A stretch of 63,493 nt of DNA, the filler included, from Atractiella rhizophila (taxonomy: Eukaryota): NCBI GenBank assembly GCA_021432655.1. It is 4 parts of 4 records of this genome, joined end to end, with 100 filler letters (N's around TTAATTAATTAA, not from the genome) between each part and the next. Parts side by side here need not be neighbours in the genome. Positions count along the whole stretch, not along the records: positions 15,919 to 31,734 come from MU271926.1; positions 31,835 to 47,641 come from MU271927.1; 2 more parts are not named here. One strand, given 5' to 3'. Made by a program: the position numbers and the translations under genes. Shown here piece by piece: positions 26,242 to 38,931 of the stretch (position 1 is its first letter; every line of letters starts with the position of its first letter). A model generated the notes under the pieces. The model ran no database searches, was not told the origin of the DNA, and saw only the letters and a program-made list of their open reading frames with translations.

Positions 26242-27959
26242 ATGGCTGCAAGTGCGGCATCAAGCAATTGGGTGAAGCTGCAAAAAGTGACTGCTCTCGT
26301 CCATTCTCTCGTACTGACTGATTCTTTTGCATGCAGTCTTTGAAGCCCACGAATTCCTCGAATCCTCCCAAAGTCAATCGCAAACGCAAGCGCTCAGAAT
26401 CTTCTGTCCCATCTGAACCCACGAAACAACTCGAAGCACCACTTCCAAGGTCTCCCTCGACAACAGCGGCGAAAGGAGGCGATCTGACTTCCCTCCTCCT
26501 CTCCCATCTCCCGCCTACTTCTCCTATCAGCTCCCACAACACTTCATACTATGCCATAGACTGCGAGTTGGTCGGTGTCGGCCCACTAGGGTCCCAATCC
26601 GCTCTCGCACGAATATCTATCGTGGATTGGGAGGGGAGGGTCGTTTATGATACCTTTGTGAGGACGAAGGAGAAGGTCACTGATTATAGGACGTGGGTGT
26701 CAGGCGTGAGGGAGAGGGATCTGGAAGGGGAGGGTGCGGTGGACCTTGAAGAGGCACAACGGTTCGTTTGTGATTTGCTGGAAGGAGGGACGGGGAAGGA
26801 CGGGAAGAAGAAGAAAGTGATTCTGGTGGGACACGCGGTTTACAATGATTTAGAAGTAAGCGTTTCTTTGCAGCAGGGACTGCCTTCTGGTTCAGCTGAG
26901 GGTAGGACGACCTTTAGCTCTATTATTCGTGCAGTTCATACTGTTCCTATTTTCGCTTTTGCTCATGGTTTGTTATTCTGTGCGGAACCGCACTCAAATC
27001 ATACCCCACAAAGCACCGTTGCTGAATGATGGATAATGTGATCCCATCAGAAGGATCAGGCCGGAAGAGAGCGCCGTTGATCAAGGTACCCAATCTGCGA
27101 GTAGCCAAAGGTTGTGTCATGCTCACATTATCCCGCGCCTAGCTCCTTTAGCGTAAGGCATCTCTGCACAGCGGAGAGTGCGCAATGGCATTCCTGCAGC
27201 TTGCCTTACGAACCTCGTTAACACTAGAGCTATGTTGGACCAACTTTCATCTTTACGTCCTTCCAAAGCCTCCATGATCTCCTACATGTTCTAACCGATT
27301 CATTTCAACAGGCGCTCTTCCTCTCGCATCCTCGTACCCAGACCCGCGACACACAAACCTTCCCTCCAATTCGTCAAGTTGCAGGCTCGAAAGTGCCAGC
27401 TCTGCGCGTCCTGGTAAAGAAAGTGCTCGGGATTGAGGGGTTCCAGACCGCCAATGATGGGGAGCATTCATCTGTGCGTCGCACTCGTCATCCATCGGCA
27501 CCTTCCTGTTTTCCAACTTCAGTCTCCGTGTGAGTGCCTATGAGTGCCTACTAACACTATGGTGTGTGCATGGGATAGGTTGACGATGCACGTGCCACGA
27601 TGGCTGTTTATCGAAAGTTTCATAAGGAATGGGAGACGGGTACCTGGAAAGAAGGTATGAAGAAGCGCGAACGAGCCCTGCAAGAAGCGAGAGCGGGTGG
27701 AGGGGAGGGGAAGCCGAAGACGCTCGGCTTAGCTGTTGCGGCCAAACTCCTGGACGATAACCTGAAACTCAACGTCCAAGTGGCCCAGGAGGAAGAGGTG
27801 AAGGTTCGAATAAAGGCCAAGAAAGCGGCGGGAAAGGTGGCGAAAAAAGACAAGGCGGGGAAGGTCGTGCCTTCTGGCAGAGGGAAGGAGGATGAGCGGG
27901 AGGAACCGAGGAAAAAGAAACGGAAGAGGGACGAGGGTGACGATTGGTGGGACGAGTAA
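26242..27959 (+). CDS. REX4: RNA exonuclease 4 (DEDDh)
   Basis: SSNWVKL N-terminus; AIDCELVGVG, VTDYRTWVSGV, LVGHAVYNDLE|ALFLSHP and EHSS|VDDARATMAVYR. Confidence 0.95.
26915..27232 (+). ncRNA. Candidate structured intronic RNA (H/ACA snoRNA-like) in REX4 intron 26856-27311
   Basis: 456-nt intron. Closing stem TAGCTCTA/TAGAGCTA; internal stems ATGGTTTG/CAAATCAT, GATAATGTGA/TCACATTATC and CGTAAGGCA/TGCCTTACG; ACA at 27221. Confidence 0.55.
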
Positions 27960-28723
27960 ACTAAAGTTTAGTTCTTTAGCCTGTCTCAGTCAGTCAGTCG
28001 AACCAATCTTATATTTTTGTTGCGTTGACATATGTTGGACCCCGTACAATTCAACTTCAAGTTCCTACATCGCCACATCATTGCATCCTGCTTCGGATTA
28101 GTTCTTAGGTTCTTAAGGTGCGTCCCTTTGTCATTACTTCGGAGTCCTCTCATCCCGTTGGCGAGACCACTCTCGTATCTCTTTTCAGCCGTTCAGCCTC
28201 GTTGTGCATTTGCACAGCCCAAACAATAGCTTATTCAAGTTTACCTTGTGTTGGGAGGCGAACTTCTTCTGCTTGATTATCAGTTTCCAAAATGACCAGT
28301 GGGCCAACTTGTTATATTTATGGTGTACTTTGCGCGCGCCCTTGCTGCGCTTCAAAGCGCTCAAAAGTTGCCCACTGGCTGAGCCGTGGCGTCTCGTGGA
28401 AGAACTTTGCCGCAATGGCTTCAAGGCTACTAGTATTCCCGTCTCTCGGATCCTCATGTTGCAATGGACGATTTCCCTCTCCTCCCCTTGTACAGCGGCG
28501 ATACCACTTCATGTCTTGTTCAAGGCTGTTGATCCTAGGGAAGGGGCAGAAAGGAGGCTCTGCTCCTAACCGCTCTATGCATGGTCCTTCAAAATCAACA
28601 TATAGTATTACCCTTCTCACTAACATTTGGGCTTTAATTCCTCTTCTCCTGCTTAATGTCGATGACCTCCTTGTTCGAAGAAAGTTAATTGAATTTTTGC
28701 TCTAGGTTTTGATTCTGACGAAC

Positions 28724-30027
28724 ATGAATTCAATCAAGGAGCAATTTCTCTACATCTTGAGAAGGTACCGAATGACCATGCGTTCCGAACCGACATCGTC
28801 TCAAATGCGATCGTCATGGGAGCCAACGACCCCCACATGTTCCCCTAATTCTGTAACGTTTCGAGAGAACGCCGTGCACATCCCTGATCGACTCGTTTAC
28901 GTGCCAACGCTATCTCAGCTGCTCATCGATCGTTTTGAGCGATGTGTCGACCAGCACATGGCTCCAGAGTTTCTTCCTAATCCATCAGCCTTCAACTCAT
29001 TCCCTGAACGATTTCCATCTTTCCAAGAAAAAACCACGAAATCGAATTCATTAGATGACCTTCCAGTCCCGGCAGACGATCAATGTGAACGCTTTCCACA
29101 TATTTTTGACGCAACGAACAATCTGAACGAAATTCCTTTCGAAATCGACAGAATACGGCTTATACGGAAGTCAAACGAGTTGTTAAATTGGCGGAGAGGT
29201 AAAGTTGATCTAAAAAACACAAACACACTAGCAATGGTATTTAAGGGGGCAAGTTACACTTCGTCTCTTCGCTGTCTCTAACAGATCGGTACAGATGGAA
29301 AGACTTGAAATGGCAAATCGCCACAGCGCATACGCACATAATGTCATTGCGTTGGATCGCATTCCACAATCTCAAGTTATAGCTGCTGTCTCCAAGCATG
29401 CGGGAACACTAGACACTTTCACGTTCCGACGCGAGCAGGCGGAGCCCATAGCATCTAAAGATACACCACTTCTGTTGGAAGTGCAGGAGCAGCTCGCATC
29501 CACCCTCGTCTTCTCCGCCTCATTCTACCGGTCGGACGGACTAGTGGTAGTGAAGCCCTTAAGGAAGAAGTACATTATCCACGAATTAAGAATACTCAAG
29601 CGCTTGAGGTCGCTTGCTGGCGTCAGTATCCCTGCTTTCTTCGGCGCTTTCATAAATACCACAGGCAAGAATGGTGTCACTGTCATCCAACACACTGAAC
29701 CTTCCCTGCGAAAGCGCGGGATCGACTTCTCACATCCAGGTTTGAAGTAAGCAAGCCGTAATCATTCGGATCTTATTAGAGATTTTCTGACATGTTTACA
29801 GAGAGAAAGTCTACGCCATTTTGCTCCAGATTCACGCTCTAGGAGTCGTTCACAATGATGTACACGAAGGAAACGTCACCATGGACGAAAAAGGAAATGT
29901 TTATTTGATCGATTTCATGTGCTCTCGAATGCACAAATGCCCAGGTGAAGCAAAATGCGAAGAGCTCATAGATGTGAGGAAGAAGCTAAGAATCCAGTTG
30001 GAGAAAGAGAAAGCCAAGTCACCATAG
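28724..30027 (+). CDS. Atypical protein kinase-like protein, 3 exons; possibly internally deleted
   Basis: VVVK..HELRILKRL..IPAFFGAF..IHALGVVHNDVHEGNV..YLIDF..HKC..CEEL. Confidence 0.75.
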
Positions 30028-31069
30028 TTGTTGTAGTGGCGTTGACGACCTGGCAAGTTGACAGCTTTGTAATCATACACGGTTTTATCAGAAGATGTGA
30101 GTAGGCATTGCTAGAGCAACGACAAGGTACAGAAATCTGTCAAGGAAGGTTGCCTGTTTTACTCTCCAAACGCCAGCTAGCGGTCCACCTCAGTGCAATC
30201 CGCCACCTTTGATAACGCGCGGCAAACCATGAGAGAGTCTCGTACAATCTGGCAACGCACTTTTGACAAAAGGTGAACCCTATCTGTTACTTCATTGGAG
30301 TCTTTCCAATTGACCAACGATCCTCTGCCCAATTCATATCAGTTCCTGATCACCAGATTTGCGTCTACTAGTACAGCAGTACTGCTTGCAGCGCAGTCCC
30401 TGAGGCCGTTACACAATACACGCAACGAAGGGGCTGTCTGTAAAGAGCACGAGCTCGATAAATTATAATTTGCCAACAATGTTCACGTTTGTGCTTGAAT
30501 AACTCCTGAGTATCCTGAAATCGGATCCAGCTTTCGATTTCCCCAACTCGATTCTTAGGTGCGTCTTCCCTCAGTCTACACAAGTCTCTTTCCCATTGTG
30601 TAGCCTGTTTTCATGTCCTTCGAAGTTTCATGCTTTCCAGTGTTTCCGTCGGCGTCGCACTAGATGCATGCCTGCGCAGGAGCTGAGCGTGAAGAACCTT
30701 GTAGGGTGATCCTTCAGCTCCAACCGCTCTTCATACAGTTCGAGCTATTAGCAGTAGCTAGAGGGAAGGCACAAAGAAATATTTCATTTTAGTGTCTGAG
30801 CCATTACAGTAGAGCTTCACTCCACCTGACTTGTTCTGCCTGATGAAGATATTTGATAGCAGCTTTTCCATGAATTCTTCTCCTTGTCTTCTTTTCTTTT
30901 ACCTCTCTATGCCCTGTCCATCACAAGGAGGAACTGCCCACTAGGATTGGCTTCACGAGTTTGCATCCTCAGTTTGTGCCTTTACCTCTGCTTATATGCA
31001 TTTGTGACTTAGACTGCTATCTAAGGAAAGCCGATTGAATCTTCATTCACGGTCGTGATTGTGACAGAC

Positions 31070-31734
31070 ATGAATTCAGCCAAGGAGCAACTTCTCGGCA
31101 TCCTGAAAGGGTACAGAGTGACGGTGGCCTCTCGCTTAACGTATTCTCAGAAGCAACTAAACTGGAAACCGAGGACGAAAGCGTACTATCCTAATTCAGC
31201 AGTATTCAAGCAAAACGCCTCCAACATCCCTGATCGCATTGTACACGTTGCAGCCCTGCCTCAGCTGCTTATCAATCGTTTTGAGCGATACGTCGACCAG
31301 CACCTGAATCAGAATCTGTCCGACGAACAGTTGACCTACCTGAAAAGGAATATCGAGGACTGGGAACGACGGCGCAACAGGCTGCTTTTGACGGAAGATA
31401 GCACCGTCGGACAAGCGTTTCATGCCGCATTTGTTGACTTCGTTTCCGAAGCTCTTTTTGCTCTGGGTCAAGATGGCATAGTGTACAGCGCTCTCGAGGC
31501 GATTTTTCGAGATTCTTCAGCATGGGGGCAAACAGGAATAAAGACCGATGGGCTAATCACATCCTGTTCGAAGATGGAAGAGGGAATTGCCATATGCGAG
31601 CAGAAGAGCCCCCCAGTCGGTGATCATTACTTCCCGAGAATCGTGAACCGAGCCACTCGTGCCAGACCTATTCGAGTCTTCAGACACACGACGGAGACAG
31701 ACTCGATCCTCTCAAGGGTTTGGACCTTCTTTTT
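31070..31734 (+). CDS. Paralog of the 28724 gene with a PD-(D/E)xK nuclease-like region; 3' end cut by scaffold end
   Basis: The first ~78 aa align with the 28724 protein (MNS.KEQ.L.IL..YR.T...PNS..F..NA..IPDR.V.V..L.QLLI.RFER.VDQH). TED...KTDGLI...AICEQK follows. Confidence 0.65.
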
Positions 31735-31834
31735 NNNNNNNNNNNNNNNNNNNNNNNNNNNNNNNNNNNNNNNNNNNNTTAATTAATTAANNNNNNNNNN
31801 NNNNNNNNNNNNNNNNNNNNNNNNNNNNNNNNNN
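31735..31834. other. Artificial scaffold spacer
   Basis: 44N-TTAATTAATTAA-44N. Confidence 0.97.
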
Positions 31835-32097
31835 TCCAGAAGCTCCAGCTCCTCACCACTCATTGCGGCCTTCCTCTTCTGGGTTTTCGCTTTCTTTCGA
31901 GGGGACGCACCAATCAGCGATGGGAGGAGCGCATGCTCCTCTCCCTGATTCCCATCTCGAACACTTCCACCCGCTACACTCGAAGATCCCGAACCGACAC
32001 CCTCCATACTCCCAAACACTCCTTCACCACCGCCACCGCCACCAGCGCTTTGTAAGTTAGATAAGGATATCGGACGAGCGCCACCACTCGCCGCCAT
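31835..32097 (-). CDS. 5' part of a hypothetical protein (Gly/Ser-rich, basic NLS-like motif), truncated
   Basis: MAASGGARP...SPRKKAKTQKRK; the frame is open into the spacer. Confidence 0.5.
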
Positions 32098-32130
32098 GAT
32101 GAATTATAGAAGGATAAGATAGGGAGTTTT

Positions 32131-32203
32131 TGTTGGAGATGGTGGTTATTGTTGGAGATGGTGGTTATGTGTTGGAGATGGTGGTTATGTTGGAGATGGT
32201 GGT
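32131..32203. repeat. Minisatellite, ~4 copies of (TGTTGGAGATGGTGGTTA)
   Basis: Visible tandem units of ~18-20 nt. Confidence 0.9.
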
Positions 32204-32607
32204 CATCTCCACCTTCAGCCTCAGCGCCTCCACTGCTCCGCCTCTCGATCCGCTGTTCCAACTGGTAATGCGTCCAAGGCATTACGCGGTTCAGATCGGA
32301 ACGATCTGAGTTGACATGATGGATAGAGTTCAGGATGATCAGGCTAGCTGAGCTCGAATGAACATGACTGAAACAGAGATGTCCGAAGGTGTCTGATGAT
32401 ATGTCCGATGAACTGAATTGGATTGTGTTAAAGCAGGCTAATTCATTTGGGGAGCAGTCTTCCAACATTTCTGTCACGAACTCGAACTCGCGAATATTTA
32501 AAGATGCTCACCTTCATGCTGGGACGCACCTCATGCTTGAAAGGTGGTTTGGTATCGAATAGGGCTCATACGCGTTCAAACAGCCTTCGAAGTTTCTGCT
32601 CCATCCA

Positions 32608-33630
32608 TGGATACCAACACCTCAGATCCCACTGCCCTTCCGCTGCGTCAGGAAGAGACTGGGCATGAAAATGCGGCTTGGCGACCCAGGTTCGTGAATT
32701 CTTCGACTCTATATGATGACGCTGACAAAAGTCTGGGTTAAGAGCAATGCAGGAGGACATTGTTCCTAAGCCCATAAATGAGCAGAGTATATCGTCGCCT
32801 TCTCAAAATGCCCAGCGTGAGTCAAGACATGCTTCGGTGGTGAAATGACTGATCCTGTCTGCAGCTGAACCGACTCCACACAGGTGCTTCTTCTATTGTC
32901 GTTTTGGAGCATCAATTCATTTGTGAGATAGACATCGCGACAATGTTATATTCCACGGATCGCCTCCTTCAAATATTACTGTTGACATTGGCATTGGAGA
33001 CGGTTCTATAACAGAGGTGAGCGCGAAACTTATCCAAGTATCCTGCTTACTTATTGTCTTTGTCTGACAGCAAAACCACCTCGAAGATCGAGTTGTTCTC
33101 CTCTTAATGAAGGCGTGGAAGAACCAGATGGAATACGAGACATCGAAGATCAAAAGCCCAGACTACCTTCCCGTCATTGCTACCGCCGTTGGGATGTTCA
33201 TGGCGGCAGGAAAGAAAGGAGAGCATGGGCAATTTCTCTGGCTCTGGATCGCCTTCCTCCTCCTCATCGTCGGAGTAGTGTGGGTGGACATCAGTTCGCG
33301 CTGCCATGCCCATAGTGGTAAGCTCTTCGCCACTGCGTTGGCCCGAAACTGAGCGCAAATGTAGCCGCGGAGGGTGGAGAACCATTGGCCCAAATTGTTC
33401 CTCTGTTATTGTTTTGGGGTTTCCACCTAATAATCGCCTACCACTTCACCTCGGAACACCTGGACGATCACCACAAGCGGGTGTTACACTTGTTGCCACT
33501 TATAATCGCCATCTGGACATTGGCAGTGCTGTCTCTTTGTCGAAAGAGGATCAAGAATTTTCTAGGGAAGATCACGAGGCGACCTCGAGGAGTTCATCAG
33601 ACATTACAGGAAGAACGAAAGACAGTTTAG
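32608..33630 (+). CDS. Hypothetical multi-pass membrane protein; exon structure uncertain
   Basis: Same-strand ORF pieces with hydrophobic helices (FLWLWIAFLLLIVGVVWV, IVPLLLFWGFHLIIAY, LLPLIIAIWTLAVLSL) separated by GT-AG introns. Confidence 0.5.
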
Positions 33631-34143
33631 GAGGGAATCCACAAACGTGCATCGAACGGTATGCTGGCATCTATCTCATCTCTCGTAAGCATCAGTTTGC
33701 AATCATTGGAAGTGGCAGCGTTCGTCAATTCTGTTCGATATCATTTGCTGTAACTACACTGGTCTCGTTCAATTTCTCGCTCGAACCAGTCTACTTATAT
33801 CTAATGTAATGTACTATAATACCCACTTCAATTGGTGATAAACGTGTGATGAACTGATGTGGGAAGGTGTGCTTCAGGGCTCGAAGGGGTTGAATTTCAG
33901 AATGTTTGTCAGTAAAAGGGCGTTGTCACGTTCAACGCACTGAAGTCTTCTGAAGTAGATGGAAGTGAGACAGTACTCACGACGGTGGAAATGCCTCAAT
34001 CCCTGCAAGATCTCGCTCCGCTTGAAATTTCGGATCCGTTTCCCGCCCGCCGACGCGCAATGTTCAAACCTGTTCAAACATTCACCACTTCACACTTTCA
34101 AACCAAGGCCAAATCCCTTTAGAACGAAAGCCAAGGCAGAAGC

Positions 34144-35955
34144 ATGTCTCTCCCCCAGCGCAAGCAAGAGGGTGATTTCACAAGCCAAGTGGACGAGCTG
34201 ATACCGCGCGTTGAATCGTTGGCAGTCAGCAACGTTTGTCCTAATCTTCTTCCTTTCCCTTGATATCACTGTAAAATGCTCAACCCAAACGATGTTAGGT
34301 GCAGGAAGCGCTCTCTGCCCTACTGGCACTCGAAAAACAGACCCGTTCCGCATCTGACCAGCCTTCAACTACCCGCATCCTTTTGGCGATCGTGAAGTTG
34401 TTGAGTGAGAGGAAGGATTGGAAAGAACTCAAGGAGCAGGTCCAGGCGCTGAGTAAGAAGCATGGACAGCTTAGGGAGAGCACCAAGAAGATGGTTGGAG
34501 CAGTCATGGAGCTCTTAGAGGCGGGAAAGGTGGAGGAAGGAGAGCGGGAGGGAGTGACGGTCTGTTTGAGGGATGTAACGGAAGGGAAGGTTGGTTTCTG
34601 CCTTGTTTTCTTTATCTCTTCGCGCTCAAAGAGAACTGATCTCCTGATGCTTGCGATGTTGCTCAATAGATCTTTCTAGAGCTGGAACGAGCGCGTCTTA
34701 CTCGCAGACTCTCCGCGATGCTTGAAGCAAAGGGAGAGGTAGCAGAAGCTTCACGGATCATTCAAGAGATCGCGATTGAGACTTTCGGCGCAGTGGATAG
34801 AAGAGAAAAGACATCGTTCATTCTGGAGCAAATGAGATTTTTGAAGCTTCGCGGAGAATGGGAGAAGCTCGAGATTATTGCGAGGAAAATTAACGCACGG
34901 TGGTTGGCTGGAGAGGGGAATGAGGTTTGCCTCTTGTTTTTCCTGCACAGTTCGGTTAATAACAAGGATTGGGCCAGGACCTCAAACTGAAATATCATTA
35001 CCTGCTAATCCTCTCTTCTCTTCTTAAAAAGTCCTATTTACCCCTTGCTCGACACTATCTCTCCATTTTTCGCACCTCCCGCCCACCAACAGTAACGGAA
35101 CCCAACGAATCTACTATGACGGAAGAGCAATTTGAGATCCTCAAACTCTCTGCCCTCAAACACGCACTGTACTTTGTCACACTCGCGCCGTATGATAATG
35201 AACAAAAGGATTTATTGGAGAGGCTGGCACGGGAGGAGAAGGTGGTCGAAAGAGGAGAGTGGATGTACGCCATCTTTATCCATACACCCTCGAGACAAGG
35301 CAGTTGATCTAGAACATGGTTGGAACAGCAACTTTGCCAAGTGTTTCACAACCCCCGAACTGATGCGCTGGCCCGGCATGCTCTCCGTCTACGGTTCAAT
35401 GCTCTCTCGTTCCGCCGTCTTTCCCGCTCCAGCTCTTCCTCAACTTCCAGGTGGGGAAGGAGCTACTTTGGGCGGAGAGGAGGGAGGGGAGGATGGTACG
35501 GATCACGATTTCGTTGGCCTGGTGGAGGTGGATACGGACGAACTGAAGAAGGGAAGATGGGAGGACTTGCATCTGAGAGTCATCGAACATGTCCGCCTTT
35601 TCTTTCAATCTGCTTCACGCTCGTGTTGATCCAGCGGAGATAGAATATTCGTGTCATTTCTACTTACTATAGCCGCATCCGTCTCCCCCGCCTCGCGCAA
35701 CTCCTTTCTCTCCCGCCCACCGACACAGAAAAGCACCTGAGCCGACTCGTGATCGACGGCATGGTATCAGCGAAGATCGATCGACCGGCAGGGATAGTGG
35801 TGTTCAAGAAACCTGGAGGAGGGAGAACGGAGGAGACGCTGAATGTGTGGAAAGGAGGCATCGAAGAGTTGTTGGGCAAGATCGAGCAGGTTGGCCATTT
35901 GATCGGACGCGAGTATGCTGTTAAGGCTGCGATGGGAAAAGAGGTTTCTGCTTGA
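34144..35955 (+). CDS. RPN5: 26S proteasome lid subunit Rpn5 (PSMD12)
   Basis: LLALEKQTR, LSKKHGQL, VTEGK|IFLELERAR, ETFG, LAPYDNEQ, RVIEH|NIRVISTYYSRI and AKIDRPAGIV. Confidence 0.96.
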
Positions 35956-36195
35956 TTGGAATGTTCCTGCAGAGAAAAAATATTGAAATGAAGTCTTCTG
36001 ACTAAACGTGGCGCCGCCATGGATCCACTTATACATGTTCTTCTTCCCCATGAAGTCTTGAGCAAGGTGATGTATAGGAAGAGATTTCTGGGAATTCTGA
36101 TTCGCTACACAATCGTCCGTGAGAAAATATTGTGTACCTTTCAGGTTGCTGCTCTTTTGATGCCACACATTTCAAGAAACACTCGAGCAACAAAA

Positions 36196-36255
36196 GGAGT
36201 GAGTATTAGCAGGAATTAGTTCCCTGGAGTGAGTATTAGCAGGAATTAGTTCCCT
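36196..36255. repeat. Perfect 30-bp tandem duplication
   Basis: GGAGTGAGTATTAGCAGGAATTAGTTCCCT x2. Confidence 0.92.
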
Positions 36256-36345
36256 TGTGCATTACAACCGAATGATCAACTAATGTTACATCGTCTATGA
36301 CAGTGGGTATGCCATCTTTTGTCTCATAATCATTGTAAATATCCT

Positions 36346-38931
36346 CTATGCCGCCATCGTCATCTGTTGACCCTTGACGTTATTCCAAGGAAGAGTAGGT
36401 GCAGCGAGCGCCATGCACGCAGCAAGGGCAACGGGAGGGATGAAAGCCTTCTTCAATGCGTCCCTGCGGCAAAACATTAACACCTCAACCAGAGAAAATG
36501 AGAGAAGAAGCAAACGTACATGGCGGCTTGGACGACTGTTGGCAGCAGCTCGGGAGAGACGAACTCGCGGAAAGCTGAGAGTCCGTTGGCGATAATTGGG
36601 CCGACTTCAGCTGGAGGGACGCGGGCGATCAGGTTGTTGAGGAGGAAGTTTTGGTAGATGGATTGACCTGTATTCTCGTTCAGCATGGGTTCCAAAAAAC
36701 AAGGCGGAATCTACGCACTGATGGAGCTGAAGAAACATCCTCCAAGGGTTTGGAAGAAGATGGTGATGGCTGTGACGACCTCTACTTCGGTTGTACCTGT
36801 GGATGCCTCAGCATGCAGCATGCCAAGTTTACACATAGTAACTCACCTGTGTAGGCTGCCTGAACAATGTTGACGGGGGCCATAAATGCCATTCCCACTC
36901 CGAGACCAGCAAGCACTTGGTATCCAATCCAGTGATCCGAAGCTGCACGACTTCTTCAGTTTCGTTCGAAACATCGAGGGCTCTCTCACCTGTTGTGACT
37001 TCCCACGTGTAGATCAAGCCAGCTCCGACTACGGCAAGCACGCTGCCCAAGATGAGGAAGGGGTTTGAGTAGCCTTAACCAGTTCTCAGATTACTTTCCG
37101 GAAGAAAGAGTATAAACAAGACCAACCGATTGCGGGAATGAGTCCACCGGAGAACATGACGGCAACAATAGCTCCAAGGATCAAAGGCAATCTATAGCGC
37201 AATCGATGAGCACGGGAGAAGGAAATGCGCAGAACGGAAACTCACGATTGAATTCCGCTGTGAATGGCACTGCAAGCGACTTCTCAATCCCAAATCGTGA
37301 CGAATGGCAGAGAACATACGAGCTACCCTTGATGGTTTGGAAGTAGATGGGGACCTGGAGCAGGACTGCGTGAACACCTTGAAAATTCGAAGGTAGGAGG
37401 ACGTACGAAGTAAGCCAGAGTGAAGTAAGTAGCCCCAATGCAGAAATTGGCCAACGAGCTGAAACCGACAGTCCTCTGCTCGGATCTTCAGCAGGGAGAT
37501 GTGGGAGTAGATGAGAGAGCGTACAGTCATCAAGAGACGGAGAGGAATGGTAGCATTGTCTCCAATGAACCACTGGTATACAACGAAAGTGATGGCAATG
37601 AGTCCAAAACCTATTTATAAAAGTGAGCCACAATTGTTCTGAATAAAGTAGGTTGAGAAAGAAGTAGCGTACCAATCAGGAGACCAATGATCTTAGAGTT
37701 GGACCAGGAATATTCAAGACCACCCCACTGCAGCGCGAGCAGAATGCAAGTGATGGAGGCGAGGACGAGGCCAGTTCCGACCCAATCGATCCTGAACAAC
37801 TTCTCCTTGAGCGTGAGAGTGTTGGTCCGCTCAGGGGGGCTGAAGAGGAAGGCAATGGCGAAGATGGTCGGGATTCCAATAGGCAAGCTACAATTGACGG
37901 TCAGGAAACGCGTGGAATCTTTGTTAGCAAACTCACTTGATCCAGAAGCACCATCTCCAGGTGACGGAGGAGGTGAAAACACCACCGAGCAGCGGTCCAG
38001 CAATGCCACCAGCTCCGAAGGCAGCTCCGATCAAAGAAGTGTACAGAGCTTGTTGGGACACAGGAAGCGAAGCGGCAAGAATCGTCAAGCCTCCAATGTA
38101 TCCACCTGCGACACCAACACCGGCTGCAAAACGGTTCCGTTAGCGTCACCCCTCGCGGGTAGTAAAAAAAATAGACAGAAAGACGTACCGATGGCTCGTC
38201 CGACGATGAAGGTCTTTGAGTCGTTTGAGAGCGCGCAGATGAGGGATCCGACTTCGAAGATGGTGATTGCGCTGGGGAATCATGTTAGAGAAACATCCAC
38301 TTTCAAAAGGCAGGCAAGTACCTCAGGAAGACATATTTGAGGGAGAAGAAAGAGTAGAGACGACCGTAGAGCGGTTGCAGGGATGTTGAGGTCACTAGAC
38401 GAATCTCCGTTAGCACAGATACCTCCAATTCGGGAAGGGCCAGCTCACTGAAATAAGCTGAGATCCACCATCCGACATCAGAAATGGTCTTGAAGTCGTT
38501 TGAGATAACAGGAATGGCAGGTGCCTAGGAGAATTACAGTTATTCAGCAAACGTCGAAATTGGATGAGAGCAACTCACAATGATCGTTTGATCAAGACCA
38601 GTAAGGAAAGTGAAAGCAGCGAGTCCCATAAAGGTGATCAGAAACTGGACACAGATAGGATACTCCGTCAGCACCAGTCCAGTTTTCCCTGTGGAAGGAG
38701 ACGGACCTTCCCGTTGACTTTGAAGTCCTCATCCTTAATCCTCGCGAAAGCCTCCAACTCTCCCTTCTTCTTCTCCGAAATCTGCTTCTCCTTGCTGTCG
38801 AGAGCATCAGGGTCGGACCCAACGATAGTTTCCTCCCTCTCAAGTGTCTTCTCCTTCAATGCACCATCCGTTGGAGACGCGAGAGTCTCATGTGAATTCT
38901 GCGAGTTCTTGCGTTTGAGGTCTGCCGACAT
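36346..38931 (-). CDS. MFS drug:H+ antiporter (DHA2, 14-TM), multi-exon
   Basis: GLDQTII|APAIP, LQPLYGRL, FEVGSLICA..FIVGRAI, RIDWVG..LALQWGG..WSNSKII and PIYFQTIKG. Confidence 0.92.

Noticed and set aside
27054..27082. GATCAGGCCGGAAGAGAGCG resembling SRP RNA helix 8
   Set aside because: The stem closing the tetraloop is imperfect, no Alu-domain start is seen, and an intronic location is unexpected for SRP RNA.
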